From assembly GCF_006345805.1 (NCBI RefSeq), contig NW_021834303.1:1-57231 (forward strand): a DNA stretch of 57,231 nt, in the 5' to 3' direction. This DNA comes from Octopus sinensis (lineage: Eukaryota). The position numbers and the translations under genes are program-made. This document shows positions 1-15,736 of the stretch, in pieces (the stretch's first letter is position 1; the number at the start of each line of letters is the position of its first letter). The notes beneath the pieces are model-generated. The model saw nothing but the letters and a program-made list of their open reading frames with translations, was not told the DNA's origin and did not search any database.

Positions 1-63
1 TCTTTTTTCTTTGTTTTTTATTTTTTTTTTATTTTGCCGTATCAGATTTGATGTTTTAGTTTT

Positions 64-918
64 CCATCATCACCTCCACAACCACCACCACACCACCACC
101 ACCACCACCACCTCCACAACCATCACCACTATCATCATCGTCGTCATCATCAACGCCACAACCACTACCATCACTAACCACCACAACCATCACCACTACC
201 ATCATCGTCGTCATCATCAACGCCACAACCGCTACCATCACCAACCACCACAACCATCACCACCATCACCATCAACACCAGCATCACCTACAACAGAAAC
301 ACCACCAACAGCACCATTACCATCAGCAACAACAATAACGTACCCACAGACATCACAAACACCACCACCACCACCGCCACAATTACCACCACCATCACAA
401 CCACCACAACAACCACAATAACCACCATCACCACCACCACCACCACCAACACTACCACAACTACCACCAACCATCACCATCACCACCACAATCACCACTA
501 CCACCACCATCATCACCCCCACTACCACCTCCATCTTCACCATCACCACCACCACCACTTCCACAACCACTACAACAACTGCTACAGCCACTACCAACAC
601 CGCCACCACTACCACCACCATCATCACCATCACATCACCATCACCATCACCGACGTCACCATCACCACCACCACCACCACCACCACCACCATCACCACCA
701 TCTCCATCATCACCACCATCTCCATCATCACCACCATCTCCATCATCACCACCACCTGCATCACAAGAACAGCAACAACCACCGCCGCAACTGCTACAGC
801 CACCACCACCATCACCACCATCTCCATCATCACCATCATCACCAACACCATCACCACCATCTCCATCACCCCCCACCCACCCCCACCACCACCACCAACA
901 ACAACAACAACAGCAACA
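64..918. repeat. Compound (ACC)n/(ATC)n/(AAC)n trinucleotide low-complexity tract
   Basis: Imperfect CAC/CAT/CAA repeats; ORFs here are poly-H/T/P artefacts. Confidence 0.95.
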
Positions 919-1158
919 CTTTAGCCGTCAGCAGAGCGTGTGTAGTTTAAATTCTTAATGCCTTCCTTCCAGTTATTATGAATTCAATTTTTATGTTACA
1001 TTGTTCAGAATGTACATTTATTTCTTACTGATTTTTTGTAGCAAATTAACTATTAATTAACTGCTAATTAACCTTTGACATTACGATTATTTAATGACTT
1101 ACAGGTATTTCTTTATCTTTACGACGTTTTATTTTCATTTCTTTTTTAAATCAAATTT

Positions 1159-1349
1159 TATCACCATCATCATCATCATCATCACCATCACCGGCTCCAC
1201 CAGCGTCTCCGCCACCACTCTCACTCGCATCACAACCAATACCACCACCATCAATACCATCAATACCATCAATACCATCATACCACTCCCTCATCACCAC
1301 TTTCTACACCATCCTCAAAACCATTAACACCATGACCATCATCATCATC

Positions 1350-1401
<52 letters not shown>

Positions 1402-1466
1402 CCACCACCACCATCATCATCATCTTCATCATCATCATCATCATCATCATAATCCTCATCATCATC

Positions 1467-1498
<32 letters not shown>

Positions 1499-1544
1499 CT
1501 TCATCATCTTCATCATCATCATCATCATCTTCACCATCATCATC

Positions 1545-1592
<48 letters not shown>

Positions 1593-1741
1593 TTCATCAT
1601 CATCATCATCATCACCACCATCATCATCATCATCATCTTCATCATCTTCATCATCATCATCATCATCTTCACCATCATCATCTTCATCATCATCATCATC
1701 ACCATCATCATCATCATCTTCATCATCATCATCATCATCAT

Positions 1742-1792
<51 letters not shown>

Positions 1793-1941
1793 CTTCATCA
1801 TCTTCATCATCATCATCATCATCATCATATCATCATCACCATCATCACCATCATCACCATAATCATCATAATCATCATCATCACCATCATCACCATCATC
1901 ATCACCATCATCATCATCACCATCATCACCATCATCATCAT

Positions 1942-1998
<57 letters not shown>

Positions 1999-2127
1999 CA
2001 TCACCACCATCGTCATCATCATCATCATCATCATCGTCATCATCATCATCACCATCATCATTATCATCACCATCATCATCACCACAGGCATCACCTCCAC
2101 CATCATCAACAGCACCACTATCACCAC
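1159..2127. repeat. Long (ATC)n microsatellite with CTT/CAC interruptions
   Basis: About 970 bp of CAT repeats. Confidence 0.95.
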
Positions 2128-2390
2128 TTGTTAAATTGATATTTTGAGAAATAAATCTGGAATCTTGTGTCTCACATCAAAAAGAATCGCATCCATGCGT
2201 AACATTTTTCAATGAATTTTATAACTGTTATGTGAAAATGACTTAACAATATCTACAGATTTAGGATTGTTATTTTCTAGACCGCACTTACGTCTATCTT
2301 CAGAGATAATGTAGTCTTTATGGAAATGGAAGTGTAACATAGGTAATTTTATTGTAAGGACCTATGCCATTCGATGCTTTAAAAGAATCC

Positions 2391-2788
2391 GAGTGGCTGT
2401 GTGTTAAGTAGCTTGCTTACGAACCATATGGTTCCGAGTTCAGTCCCTCTGCGTGGCACCTTGGGTAAGTGTCTTCTACAATAGCCTCGGGCCACCAGAG
2501 CCTTGTGAGTGGATTTGGTAGACGGAAACTGAAAGGAACCCGTCGTATATATGCATATATATATATGCATGTGTGTGTATATGTTTGTGTATCTGTGTTT
2601 GCCCCCCCCCCCAGCATTGCTTGACAACCGATGCTGGTGTGTTTGCGTCCCCGTAACTTAGCGATTCGGCAAAAGAGTCTGATAGAATAAGTACTAGGCT
2701 TACAGAGAATAAGTCCTGGGGTCGATTTGCTCGATCGACTAAAGGCGGTGCAGCAGCATGGCCACAGTCAAATGACTGAAACAAGTAA
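2391..2788 (+). mobile_element. tRNA-derived SINE, family A (head + internal TA/TG microsatellite + tail)
   Basis: Box A-like TGGCTGTGTG, box B-like GAGTTCAGTCCC, tail ending CAAATGACTGAAACAAGTAA; many copies in window. Confidence 0.85.
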
Positions 2789-3453
2789 TATGGTGAAAGA
2801 GTATACGACGGAATAAATTTTCGGACATAGTTTAACCAGCACATTAAGAGAAGCATCGATTAACTGGTTGGTTAGATATTTAACCAATTGTCTAACAATA
2901 AAGAAGTGATCTTGAGCCAGTGCGTGTGGTTATTATTATTGGTTTTGAACTAAGTTTTGGACATTAGTTATATTTTAATGTCAGTCTTGATGATACAGTA
3001 AAAACTATCCTTTGCTAATGAGGACAGGAAAACAATGAAATACCCGAAGTTACTTCTCCTACATGTCTTCGAAACGGACATTAATGACAGCCATTGACTA
3101 ATATCATATTTTCCTCTCCATCAAATTATTTTATTCTTATTATTCTAATTTCCACTGCTTTAAATATGTCGACTATTATAATCTTAATCGGAGCACATAA
3201 TTATTTGGAGTAGAAATTTAAACAGTATCCATATTTTAATGTAGAACATACTTCAAGAATTCATTATTGAACGCTTCTGTAATTCCAGTCGAAACACTTG
3301 GGAAAATTCTAGCGAGAAATTGGTTCAATTTCAATCTTTTCATCCTATTTTTTATATAATTCATATTAAATATCAATACTTAAATACTTAACACCCACCA
3401 ACATAATTTTAATTACTTGTATTCGTGTGTTTATGCGTGTGTTCCTGTATGTG

Positions 3454-3527
<74 letters not shown>

Positions 3528-3545
3528 TTCTATATATATATATAA

Positions 3546-3580
<35 letters not shown>

Positions 3581-3679
3581 AATATATATATATATAAAGT
3601 GTATGTATGTATATATGAATATATTTATATAACATAAGTGTGTCTGTATGTGTATGCATTTATATTACTTGTATGTATA

Positions 3680-3749
<70 letters not shown>

Positions 3750-5357
3750 CAGTGGGGGAAATAAATATTCGTACATGTCAAAATTCTTTATTTATTTAAT
3801 TTCTAGTGAACATAAATGGGATATACCAATACTATATTTGCATACACATGTATAAATTAAGATAAGGAAAAGAAACTAATAAATTAGAGTAACTAAGGAA
3901 TTTATATTCAATTACAAATATTTAAGGGTGAAAAAAGTATTCGTACAGAACATAAATAACTGATAATTCTGATTTAATACTTCGTAGCATAACCATTATT
4001 CAGTTCCACTTCAACCAATCTCTACTTGTAGTTCTTAATCAATGACTTGCGTGTTTCTTTAGGAATTTTTTCCCATTCTTCTTGACAAATTTTCTTCAAA
4101 TATGCAATGCATGTTGGGGGTCTTGAATGAATTTAAATTTTCAAATAACGCCACAAACTTTCAATGGGGTTCAAGTCAGGTGACTGGCTTGGCCATTCTA
4201 ATAATTTTATATTGTGATCGACAATCCATTTTTGGTAGACTTCGCAGTGTGCTTAGGATCGTTATCCTGTTGTAAAACCCACCCTTCACAAAGCTGGAGA
4301 TTTTCTACAGAGTCCCATAAATCATTGTTCAAAATATTTTGGTGCATCTCTGCATTCATTCTACCATCTATCACATGTAAATTGCCAGTACCATTTGCAG
4401 AGAAACACCCCCACACCATGGTACTGCCACCTCCAAACTTTACGGAAGGAATTGTTTTTTGGCATATAGGCGGTACCATCTTTCCTCCAAACATGGCTAT
4501 GCAAATTTCGTCCAAAAAATTTAATTTTCGACTCATCTGTCCACAGAACGTTTTCCCAGAATGTATCAGAATTATCTTTATGTTTATAAACAAATTTTAA
4601 ACGGGCATCTCTATGCCTTTTAGTCAACAGTGAATTTTTTCTAGGAGAGCGTGACTTCAGTTCATTCCTATGAAGTTCATTGCTGATTGTTCATAGTGTA
4701 ACACTAGTCCCTGAAGCTAACAAATCTTCTTGCAACTCCTTTCTAGTGAGCATTGCGTTTTTCTTTTCGATTTTTCGCTTCATTTTTCTTAAAGATCTAG
4801 GAGAAATCTTGCGTGGTGCACCGGATCTTATTCTGTTTCCAACAGTTCCCCGATTGTTTATATCTTTGAATAAATGAAGATATGGTAGAAAATAGAATAC
4901 AAATGGTCTCTTATATTTTCCTGTAATTTTTACCTGCTTTCCACTGTTCAATAATTAAGTTTTTCACTGAATTTGTGAGTTCTTTCTTTTCGCCATTATT
5001 ACGATACTACTATGTTGTCTCAGTGCTGAATGAAGAAGCTAGTGTTTTGACACTTAAAAATGACAACTGATAAGATTATTGTAACAAACGAGAAAGTTCT
5101 AGTAAAAAAAAAGGATTTTAACAGTATTTTGTGGCATAGTAAATCATAAATTTATTCTGTACGAATACTTTTTTCACCCCTAAATATTTATAATTGTATA
5201 TAAATTCATTAGTTACTATGATTTATTAGTTTCTTTTGCACATTCTTAGTTTATGCATGTGTATGCAAATATAGTATAGGTATATCCCATTTATGTTCAT
5301 TAGAAATTAAATAAATAAAGAATTTTGACATTTACGATTATTTATTTCCTCCCGCTG
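3750..5357 (-). mobile_element. Tc1 DNA transposon, full length, ~208-bp IR/DR-type TIRs, TA target site duplication
   Basis: TA|CAGTGGGGGAAATAAAT at 3750 is inverted to TTTATTTCCTCCCGCTG|TA ending at 5357; TIRs ~3750-3957 and ~5150-5357. Confidence 0.95.
3974..4996 (-). pseudogene. Tc1 transposase (DD34E), frameshifted
   Basis: [57 protein letters not shown] spread over several frames. Confidence 0.93.
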
Positions 5358-5795
5358 TACGTATGTGTGTGTGTGTGTACACACACAGAAGTACCTTCGG
5401 TTTTCGAACAACACTGATCACGAATAAATCTCCGCCGCAACCACCGCCACCACCACCACCGTAATCACAACCATAGCTGCCACCATCAGCCATCAACATA
5501 ATGATGATCATTATCACATTAAAGCTATCAAGAAACCATTAAAGGATAAAGTTTAATTACAGCTGAATTACATGTATGTATGTATGTATGTATGTATGTA
5601 TGTATGTATGTATGTATGCATGTATATATATATATATATAATATATATATATATATATACATACATACATATTTTCGTATCTATGTGTATGTGCATGTGT
5701 GTGTCTGTGTTGCATATATATATACGGGGCAAGATAAGTATGCAGATAGATAGATAGATAGACTTATATATATACGCACGCACACAAACACACAC

Positions 5796-5840
<45 letters not shown>

Positions 5841-5844
5841 GCAT

Positions 5845-5894
<50 letters not shown>

Positions 5895-5951
5895 CATGAG
5901 CATATACAAACATATATATACATACATATATATGTACTATAAATACTTATA

Positions 5952-5993
<42 letters not shown>

Positions 5994-6286
5994 TGTGTAT
6001 ATACTTATACATACATATATATATATATATAAATGCATGAATGTTTAATCAAGATTCAGAAATGCGATAAAGATCTCAAATAATCATCAGTTTTATAGTC
6101 ACTAATTGCCACGTCTCGTATAACGGAATTTTGTTTCAAGGAGAAGAATTTTAACCAATTCCGGGGCTGTTCGGTGCGACAGAGGCTTGTCTGGAGGGTT
6201 TCTATGGCAGCCTATGAATTTGAGAGTGCGTGTGTATGTGTGTGTGCGTGTACTTGTGTAGGAATGTGTGAGGGCATCTATATATG

Positions 6287-6351
<65 letters not shown>

Positions 6352-6357
<6 letters not shown>

Positions 6358-6480
6358 GTGTGGTGGATAAGCTAGCTCCCTTCCCAACCATGTTGTCTTG
6401 AGTTCATTCCTCTTGCGGGACACTTGGGGAAGTATCTTCTGACGGAGGCACGGTTCGTACAAACCTTGAAACTGATTAAG
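6352..6480 (+). mobile_element. SINE family A, diverged head fragment
   Basis: Similar to 2391-2500. Confidence 0.6.
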
Positions 6481-6497
6481 GCATGTAGTGTATACAT

Positions 6498-6547
<50 letters not shown>

Positions 6548-6869
6548 TTATTTATTTATATATATATATACATACATATATTGTTTTTTTTATATGGTTT
6601 ACAAGATTGTAGATGTGTACACGTGTGTTGAAGCAGATTTTCTTTTATTATTCCTTTGTCAATTGGTTAACTATTCAATTAATTCATTAATACATTCTTT
6701 GCTTAATCGTTCGGTTAATCAGTTATGTTTGTTAACCAATGATCAAATAATCAATCAGTTTGTTGTTTAAAAAAATTAGTAATCTTGAGATAATTAATAA
6801 AATAGTATAATCGAACCAGTGCGCATGAAAAGGAGGAAAACAGGTCTGTATCTTGTTGATCAAGAACAG

Positions 6870-9045
6870 GCCATTTTAAAATGGTAGATGATGAAGGTGC
6901 TATCGTAATTATGTTCAAAAGTGAGAATATTTCGGCTTGAGAAGTTTTAAGTGACAAAACTTTATGTGAAGAATTACCTGTCGATCCAAACCCCAATTAC
7001 AGAGGATCTTGACAAAATAATTTTAAAAATGGAGGAAAACAATTTCATTAATAAAGCCGAATCCAGAATTTTACGGTCAGAAAAAAGAACACCTGTATTT
7101 TATGGTCTCCCTAAAATAAACAAAATGTTCGAAATATTTCTTCCAATACGTCCAATTTGAAGCGAATAAGAATGCAATGCTGTACAGCTAAGGTTTCAGA
7201 ATGACTGGATGGCTTTCCAACCCACTGTCGCAAAAAGATCAAGTTTCTATATTCGGGATACTTTTGATCTTTTTGTCTAAAATCAACAAATTTTTAAAGC
7301 ACCGAAGCCATTTTTTTTTGTAGCCATATATGTTTCTTCCCTGTATCCCAATACTGACCACGATGAGAGGATTGAAGCATGCATGGATGCCTTCGAAAAC
7401 AATCAAACAAAAGTTTTCCATCAAATTCTCTCTGTAAGCTATTGAGATTTGTGTTACAAAGTAACACAATAATTTTACCACCAGAAGAAGGGTTGCGCCA
7501 TGAGTACCCCTATGGCAGTGTTAATTTCGCTAATGCCTTCATGACGAAATTCAAGACACAGTTATTCTAGACATTCAAATCCCTACATGGTCATGAACCA
7601 ATTCTCTGGTTACGGTTCATTGATGACGTCTTTTTTGCCTGGGAATCATCACAGCATAGTTTAATGGATTTCTTGCATTTCGGTGACTTACGTTAGAAAC
7701 TATGGTTTTAAATCCAACGTAAAATTTACGTCTAGTTTTTCAAAAACTAGCGTTGAATTTTTGGACACAAAAGGTAAGTTTTCTGGAAGAAGAATAATGA
7801 CAGAGTTATTTTGCAAACCCATGTCATCACACATTTACCTCCACTGCTGATCCGATCATCCACATCATAAATTCGGTCAAATCTGAAATCGCAATTTTTC
7901 AAGATAAAATGGATTTGCACTGACATAGGAGATTACTGGGAAAATGCAAATGCTTTTGTACACCCTTATATCAAACGCGGTTACAGTGAATCACAATTAA
8001 AGGAAATAGCATATGAGATAGCTAAGATTTGCAAAGAAAGTCAAAACTTCACGTATAATTTTAGCCAACACAGTACAATATATGACAGATTTCTTTTAGT
8101 GATTAACTGGCACCGAAATTTCGCTGGCATTTCAAAAGCGTCGTATGAAAGTTACCGGCATGTTGCAGAAAAATATCTTCGTTCCAAACAGATATTTTAT
8201 CAGCCGCCTATTGTAGCCTTTAGACGGAATAAGAATATAAGAGAATTATTGACCATAGAGGTCAATCTGACTCTAAGAAAACGAACATTGGAGTATCTGC
8301 ACGCTGTGTCTTGAAAAACAGCAGCAAGAGAGGTAAGCCCTGTGTAACAACATTAGTCAAGTGAATTCCATCAGGAATCATAACAGAAATGTTATGATCT
8401 ATACAGGTGGGACATGTAGAGATTCCGCGGCAGAATGCACGAAATGCAACTCGATTTATGTTGGTTGTACAACAGAACAATTAAGCAAAAGATTCACTGG
8501 GCACAAATATGACGTCAGACACAATAACAGAAGTTTGACAGAACTTGCTGAACATTTCGTTTCACACGGCTGCAGTTTTGAAAAAGACTTGAATGTATAT
8601 TCTCAGAAAATATCCTGAATGTGCAAAAGTTTCAATACTCAAAATGCATGAGGAGAAATGTCTGCCAATTACTAACATCATGCCCTGGAGCAATGAATAA
8701 AACGATAGGAGAATTTCATCAAATTTACACAAAACTGTTTTATTGAATATTCTTGTTCTTTTTCCTTTTTCTTCTCTCTTTTTCTTCTCTTTTTATTTTC
8801 GCCAGTTATAAAATTGAAACTTTAAGACTGATGATGTCACTTCATCAACCTGTGGACGCCGGTTGCTCTCGTTCATATTTTAGATTTTAATTTCTATAAT
8901 TTTGAATTTTTATCACTTTTTATTTTGAACTCGACAAAGATAGGCAAGCTGTCGAATTATCATTCAACCAATAGAATATATATTGCAATCGTATCGCGCT
9001 CTTCGTCCTGTCTGTTTACCTTTGTGAAGAGTTACTGTCAATCCT
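6870..9045 (+). mobile_element. Penelope-like retroelement, decayed (RT + GIY-YIG) with 3' pLTR-like region
   Basis: GAIVIM; PVFYGLPKINK..PIRPI; VSSLYPN; WLRFIDDVFF; VEFLD; IYVGCTTEQLSKRFTGHKYD; many stops and frameshifts; ORF ends ~8746. Confidence 0.88.
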
Positions 9046-9095
9046 TTTAAAGTATAATAATAACAACAACAACAATAAGAATAAAAATAATAATA

Positions 9096-10780
9096 AAACC
9101 AAAGCCATCCCCATTAGAAGAGGAATATACCAGGGAGACACGCTCTCTCCATTCTTTTTCTGCTTGGGACTGACACCTTTATCTGACATGCTAAACAGAA
9201 CTGGATGTGGATACAACTGTTACGGTAAAACAATCAACCATTTCTTGTATATGGATGATCTAAAACTGTATGCTACAAATAATAAACAGCTGGAAACATT
9301 ACTACAGACAGTACATGGATTTAGAAAAGAAATAAACATGAAATTTGGCTTAGTAAAATGCACCAAAGCAACCTTGAAAAGAAGAAAACTAGTTAAGAGT
9401 AACAGCATCACACTAGATAAAGTAAATGAAATAAGAGAATTAGACCAAAGCCAAACATACAAATACTTAGGAATCAATGAGCTAGAAACGATGCAACACA
9501 TAAATGAAAGAGAAGATAAAAAAGGAATAATATAGACGAGTTAGATTAATACTGAAAACAGAGCTCAATGCGAAAACAAGATAAGTATCAACATTCTAAC
9601 CGCTCCAGTTATAACTTACAAATACAATATTCTTAACCGGACTCTAAATGAACTAATCAAAATAGATAGGAAAACACGAAAAATAATGACAGAGTTTAGG
9701 ATACACCATCTAAAATATGACAAAGATGGTAGAAGCCTTATACATCTAGAAAACTATTACGAAATAACCACCATATGACTATAGAAATACCTAATTCAGA
9801 AGCATGGAAAATTAATACAAATACCCACAAAACACGAACAAACCAAAAACTGTTTTCTGTCTTTTAGGAAGTTGAAAAACACAAAAAAGAAGTCGTAGTA
9901 CTTAACAGCTATGAAGAAAAAGAAGAAACAATTAAAGCTGTAAAACAACTGAAATCCAAGCTAAAACTAGGACAGCAACGAATCATGATAAAACGATGGC
10001 AAGAAAAGCCCCAACGTGGCAAATATTGAGTTAAGCTAAACAGAGAAGAAATGGACAAAGCTAAATCTCAATAATGGCTGAGAAGCTGAGGACTCAAAGC
10101 AGAGACCAAAAACACGTAATGAAAAGAAATACAAGTAACTGCAGAATATGTGGTGATGATGAAAAAACGTTAAATTTTATTGTCTCTGGCTGCCCAGTCC
10201 TGGCTAAGAAAGACAGAGTTGGGGGCCTATATACACTGGAAGCTATGCCAGATGTATGGAATAACAACGGAAAAAAAACTGTATGGAACACGTCAGAAAA
10301 GGTCACAGAAAATGAGAAAGCAGCCATACTCTGGGATACGCCAATACACAGATAGAGAAATTAGGAGAGTAGGCCGGATATAGTTGTCAGAGATCAGTAA
10401 GAAGAAAATGCTTTCTAATCGATGTATCAATACCAACAGATGACAATGTTTCTCAAAAACAAACGGAGAAAGTTTCAAAAACAAAGATCTGGAAATAGAG
10501 GTAACTCGAATGTGGTGTTTAAAAACAGAAACAATTCCTATCATAGTAGGTGTATTAGGTATGATAAAAAAAACATTCAGACAAATACATAACAAAAACA
10601 CCTGGACTTACAAGTATATAAAACATAGAGAAAATTACTAGGCATTGCACACATCCTACGTAAAACACTTTCAATACAGTGAAAATAAGAACATTACAAC
10701 AAACCACAGCTCATACCCTGGGTACACAGAGTGGCGTTCAGTAGTGCAGTAAAAGCACGTGATGAAAATGAGACTACTGA
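9096..10780 (+). mobile_element. R4/Dong-like RLE non-LTR retrotransposon, 5'-truncated and decayed
   Basis: RGIYQGDTLSP, HFLYMDDLKLYA, YKYLG, CRICG...IVSGCPVLA, ILWD, RPDIVV, LIDVSIP; (TAA)n on both flanks. Confidence 0.9.
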
Positions 10781-11011
<231 letters not shown>

Positions 11012-11211
11012 AATTTGGCATGAAATATGGTGGGAGGATCCCAGTTGATTACATCGACCTCAGTCTTTCACAGGTATCTAATTTATTGACAGCGAATGGC
11101 TGAATGGCAAAGTCTACCTCGGCAGAACCGAAACTAAGAGCGTAAAGCCGGACGAAATGTCACTGAACCTTCTGACTGGTACAGAAACGATTCTGCCAAT
11201 TTGCCGCCTTA
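11012..11211 (-). mobile_element. tRNA-derived SINE, family B, diverged
   Basis: Reverse complement resembles 43395-43590. Confidence 0.7.
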
Positions 11212-11252
11212 ATGATGATGATGATGATGATGATGATGACGATGATGATAAC

Positions 11253-11297
<45 letters not shown>

Positions 11298-11307
11298 AAT
11301 GATTATG

Positions 11308-11376
<69 letters not shown>

Positions 11377-11953
11377 GAGGTCTCGTTGAAATGTTGAGTA
11401 ATATTACAACTAATAATAAATAAAGCTAATGATAATAGAATACGACATAGTTGGTGAATACATTGATAACAGGTGATATAGTTTGTATATATTATAAATA
11501 CATTAATATCCAATATAACTGGAGAATGATATGACACTGTCCACCATACTTGACGGATATCAAACCATTGATTCCATCGTACATGATAACTAAACGGAAC
11601 ATTTTTCTAATATCAACTGTAATATATTAAATATTTCATCTCAATACCACGGTATATTGGTACATGCAGCATATGCTGGTTGCAAGCATGTATATATAAT
11701 ATATGTATGCATATATACTTCTTTGTGTACTTATATATATATATACATATATATTATATATATATATATATATATATCATATTATACTTATGCGCGCGGA
11801 CTGATATGAGTGTGTATGTATGTGAGTGTAATAATGATATTAATATGTGTATTTATGAGTTGCGAGATATGAAATAAACAGATCAAAAATATATTCCACA
11901 AATACAGGCATACATACGTGAGTATATATTTATGCGTATATATATATATATAT

Positions 11954-11999
<46 letters not shown>

Positions 12000-12176
12000 T
12001 ATACATATACACATATACACATATATATAGATATTTATAAACATTATATATAAGGATATATATATATACACATGTATATGTATGTATGCATGAATATATA
12101 TATATATACATATATATGTGTGTGTAAATAGATATCTATATACATGTGTGTATATATCTATATACATGTTTGTATA

Positions 12177-12221
<45 letters not shown>

Positions 12222-12239
12222 GTAAAATAAATATTCAGA

Positions 12240-12341
12240 AAAGCAGAACTAAAAGGAAAGAGAGAAGTAGAAGGAAAAGAGAGAGTGAGAAGTAGGGGGA
12301 AATAGAAGGAGAAAGAAAGAAAGAAAGAAAGAAAGGAAGGA

Positions 12342-12372
<31 letters not shown>

Positions 12373-12395
12373 GAAGAGAGGAAGAAAGGGAGGTA
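12240..12395. repeat. Polypurine (GAAA)n tract
   Basis: Direct reading. Confidence 0.85.
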
Positions 12396-12945
12396 GAATT
12401 TTGGACGTTACATATGGATTGAGACTGAAGATAAAACCGCCACAAGTGGAATTAATAAGTAATAGAAGATATGTAATAAAATAGCTTTATCTATTTCAAA
12501 ACAAATAGAAATTTACCAATCTGTGATATGGCATGCTGGATTTCTGAGTACAAAGCATACAGAATATAAATTGATCTTCAAATAAGTTTGGTCGTCCGAT
12601 GAGGAGGCGGAGGTGGAAGGAAGGGGAGAAGAAGGAGGTTGCGGTAGTGAAGCTGTTGTAGTTGTTGTTGATGGTGGTGGGATGGTGGTGGTGATGGTGG
12701 GATGGTAGTGGTGGTGGTGGTGGTGGGAGGGAGGGTAGGCTCTTGTCTTTCACTCTTTACTTTGCTTGATATATTTCTTCGCAGTCTTTATATGATTCGA
12801 TATAGCTGTTGTTGTCGTTGTTGTTGTCGTTGTTGTTTTTGTTGTTGTTGTTGCTGTACATAATTATACATTCATACATATATACTTATATATCTATATA
12901 TATTCATATATATATATATGTATATATATGTATATATATATATAG

Positions 12946-12976
<31 letters not shown>

Positions 12977-13185
12977 CATATACATATATATATATACATA
13001 TATATATATATGTATATATAAAATATATATATATATATATACATACATATATACATATATAACATATATATAAATATATATATATATATATATGCCTATA
13101 TATGCATCTCTATGTAAATATAAATGAGTTTGTGTGTAAGTATATATATATATGTGTGTGTGACTATATGTATATGTACCTATGG

Positions 13186-13240
<55 letters not shown>

Positions 13241-14400
13241 ATTACAGAAGGAAAGAATACACAGGAAGACATGCAGTGATAGAGAGTGCTGTGGGGGGCG
13301 ATATAGGAAATGCAGAGAAAACGTCTTTTCGAGAATGTTTATTTTGCATGGCTTGTTGTTAAGGTTGTGTTATATTATTCTCCATGCGTATGTGTCCACG
13401 CGTACAGTATGTGTTTGCTTGACAGTGCCTTCTCGACGTGGTCTATGTATGTCTACATATGTGCGTATGTATATGTGACTATATGCGTGTGTGTGTGTGT
13501 GTGTGTGTTTGTGTGTGCGTGATTGTGTCTGTGTGTCTTTATGGTTTCCTTTTGTACATTACATTGCTTTTTGTTCTTTCTTTTTTTAACATGTTTGTTA
13601 TGATTGCCGTGTTTTCTTTATTTTTGCTAGGAGACGTTTGATTTATGTAGCATTACAGAGCACATACAGACACGATCTAAGATATATATATATATACATG
13701 TGTGTATGTGTGTGTGTGTGTGTAAGCAATATGTTATATACATTTATGTGTATGTATATATGTATAAATGTAGAGATATATATATATATGTATATAGATA
13801 CACGGATATATATGTATATGTATATATAAAGCTGTGTCCACATACAAATATATATGTGTATGTACGCATATGTATGTATGTACGTACATACATGAATTCG
13901 AACTGGGTATATACGCTTGCGTATGTGATTATTAAAGAATAACTGCACAATCACATACACACACGTAAGCCAATATAAAACAGTATACGATTATTTACAC
14001 AGTCACATCTACAAATATATATCCTCACATTCAAAGACACATACTTTTATACACACCCATACTTTTATACACACGTACATTAAATGTATATATAACTGCA
14101 TATACTAATCTGTTTAACACCTACATAATGGGTCTATGTACAAACAGAAGTATATACTAATATAAATAGGTATATATATATATTTAAATACGTACACGTC
14201 TATGTAAGTGTATACATATTATACACAGGATCACTCAAACAAAACTGCACACATATTAATAATATGCAATATTCATATGACAAAATACGCGCGGGCACCC
14301 AACTATATATACATACTCACGCACATATATGCATGTATATATATATACATGTATGCATATATGTATATATATGCAAACACACACACACATATATATATAT

Positions 14401-14431
<31 letters not shown>

Positions 14432-14714
14432 CATACATATATATATATATACATACATATATATATATATATATATGTATGTATATATATACATATATAT
14501 ATATATAATATATGTATATATATTTGCGTGTGTGAGTGTATATAAGCCAATAAGAATATATAAGAATATATAAGCCAATTAGAATGTATGGATGCATATG
14601 AATATAATATGTGTTCACAATGTATCTATCAGAATATATTTCTGCTTTGCTTTTGTGTTATATATAAACATACATGTGTGTATGTGTGTAGATAAGTACG
14701 TGTACCTTCTCTGC

Positions 14715-14784
<70 letters not shown>

Positions 14785-15210
14785 CTATATATATATATAT
14801 AGTACACACACACACACACATATATATATATGCATGTATCTATCTATCTGTGTTGGTATGTATATATGCATGCATATATGTATTTATGTATGTTGTTATG
14901 TATTTATGTATGAATGTATGTACGTATGTATGCTTATATGTATGTATCAATGTATGTTTGTATGTACGTTTGAGCGTTGCTATTGGTTTCATATTAATAT
15001 ATGTAATGTTCCTCAGAGTTGAGAGAGGAGATATGCCGTTCGGAATTTTAAATCTTCACAATAACTTTCAATCGCTCTCGTTTAAATATATAAATGTATT
15101 CGTCAGCACACACTGATAGACAGAGAGACGGGCAAACAGACAAACAGGCAGACAAACAGACAGACATATAGACAGACAGACAGACAGAAGACAGATAGAT
15201 AGATAGATAT

Positions 15211-15263
<53 letters not shown>

Positions 15264-15264
<1 letters not shown>

Positions 15265-15447
15265 TTCTTTACTGCCCACAAGGGGCTAAACATAGAGGGG
15301 ACAAAAAAGGACAGGCAAACGGATTAAGTCGATTACATTGACCCCAGTGCAAAACTGGTACTTTATTCATCGATCCCGAAAGGACGAAAGGCAAAGTTGA
15401 CCTCGGCGGAATTTGAACTCAGAACGTAACGACAGACGAAATACCGC

Positions 15448-15520
<73 letters not shown>

Positions 15521-15703
15521 TTCTTTACTGCCCACAAGGGGCTAAACATAGAGGGGACAAAAAAGGACAGGCAAACGGATTAAGTCGATTACATTGACCC
15601 CAGTGCAAAACTGGTACTTTATTCATCGATCCCGAAAGGACGAAAGGCAAAGTTGACCTCGGCGGAATTTGAACTCAGAACGTAACGACAGACGAAATAC
15701 CGC

Positions 15704-15704
<1 letters not shown>
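15264..15704 (-). mobile_element. Two apparently identical SINE family B copies (15264-15448, 15520-15704) separated by (GATA)n
   Basis: 256-bp period, shared private variants. Confidence 0.9.

Positions 15705-15736
<32 letters not shown>

Noticed and set aside
11-2127. Long ORFs rich in H, T, P, I, M or G
   Set aside because: Translations of trinucleotide microsatellites
3010-3085. GAGGACA...TGTCTTC GAAACG hammerhead-like segment
   Set aside because: Core has three mismatches and there is no convincing cleavage site or stem I
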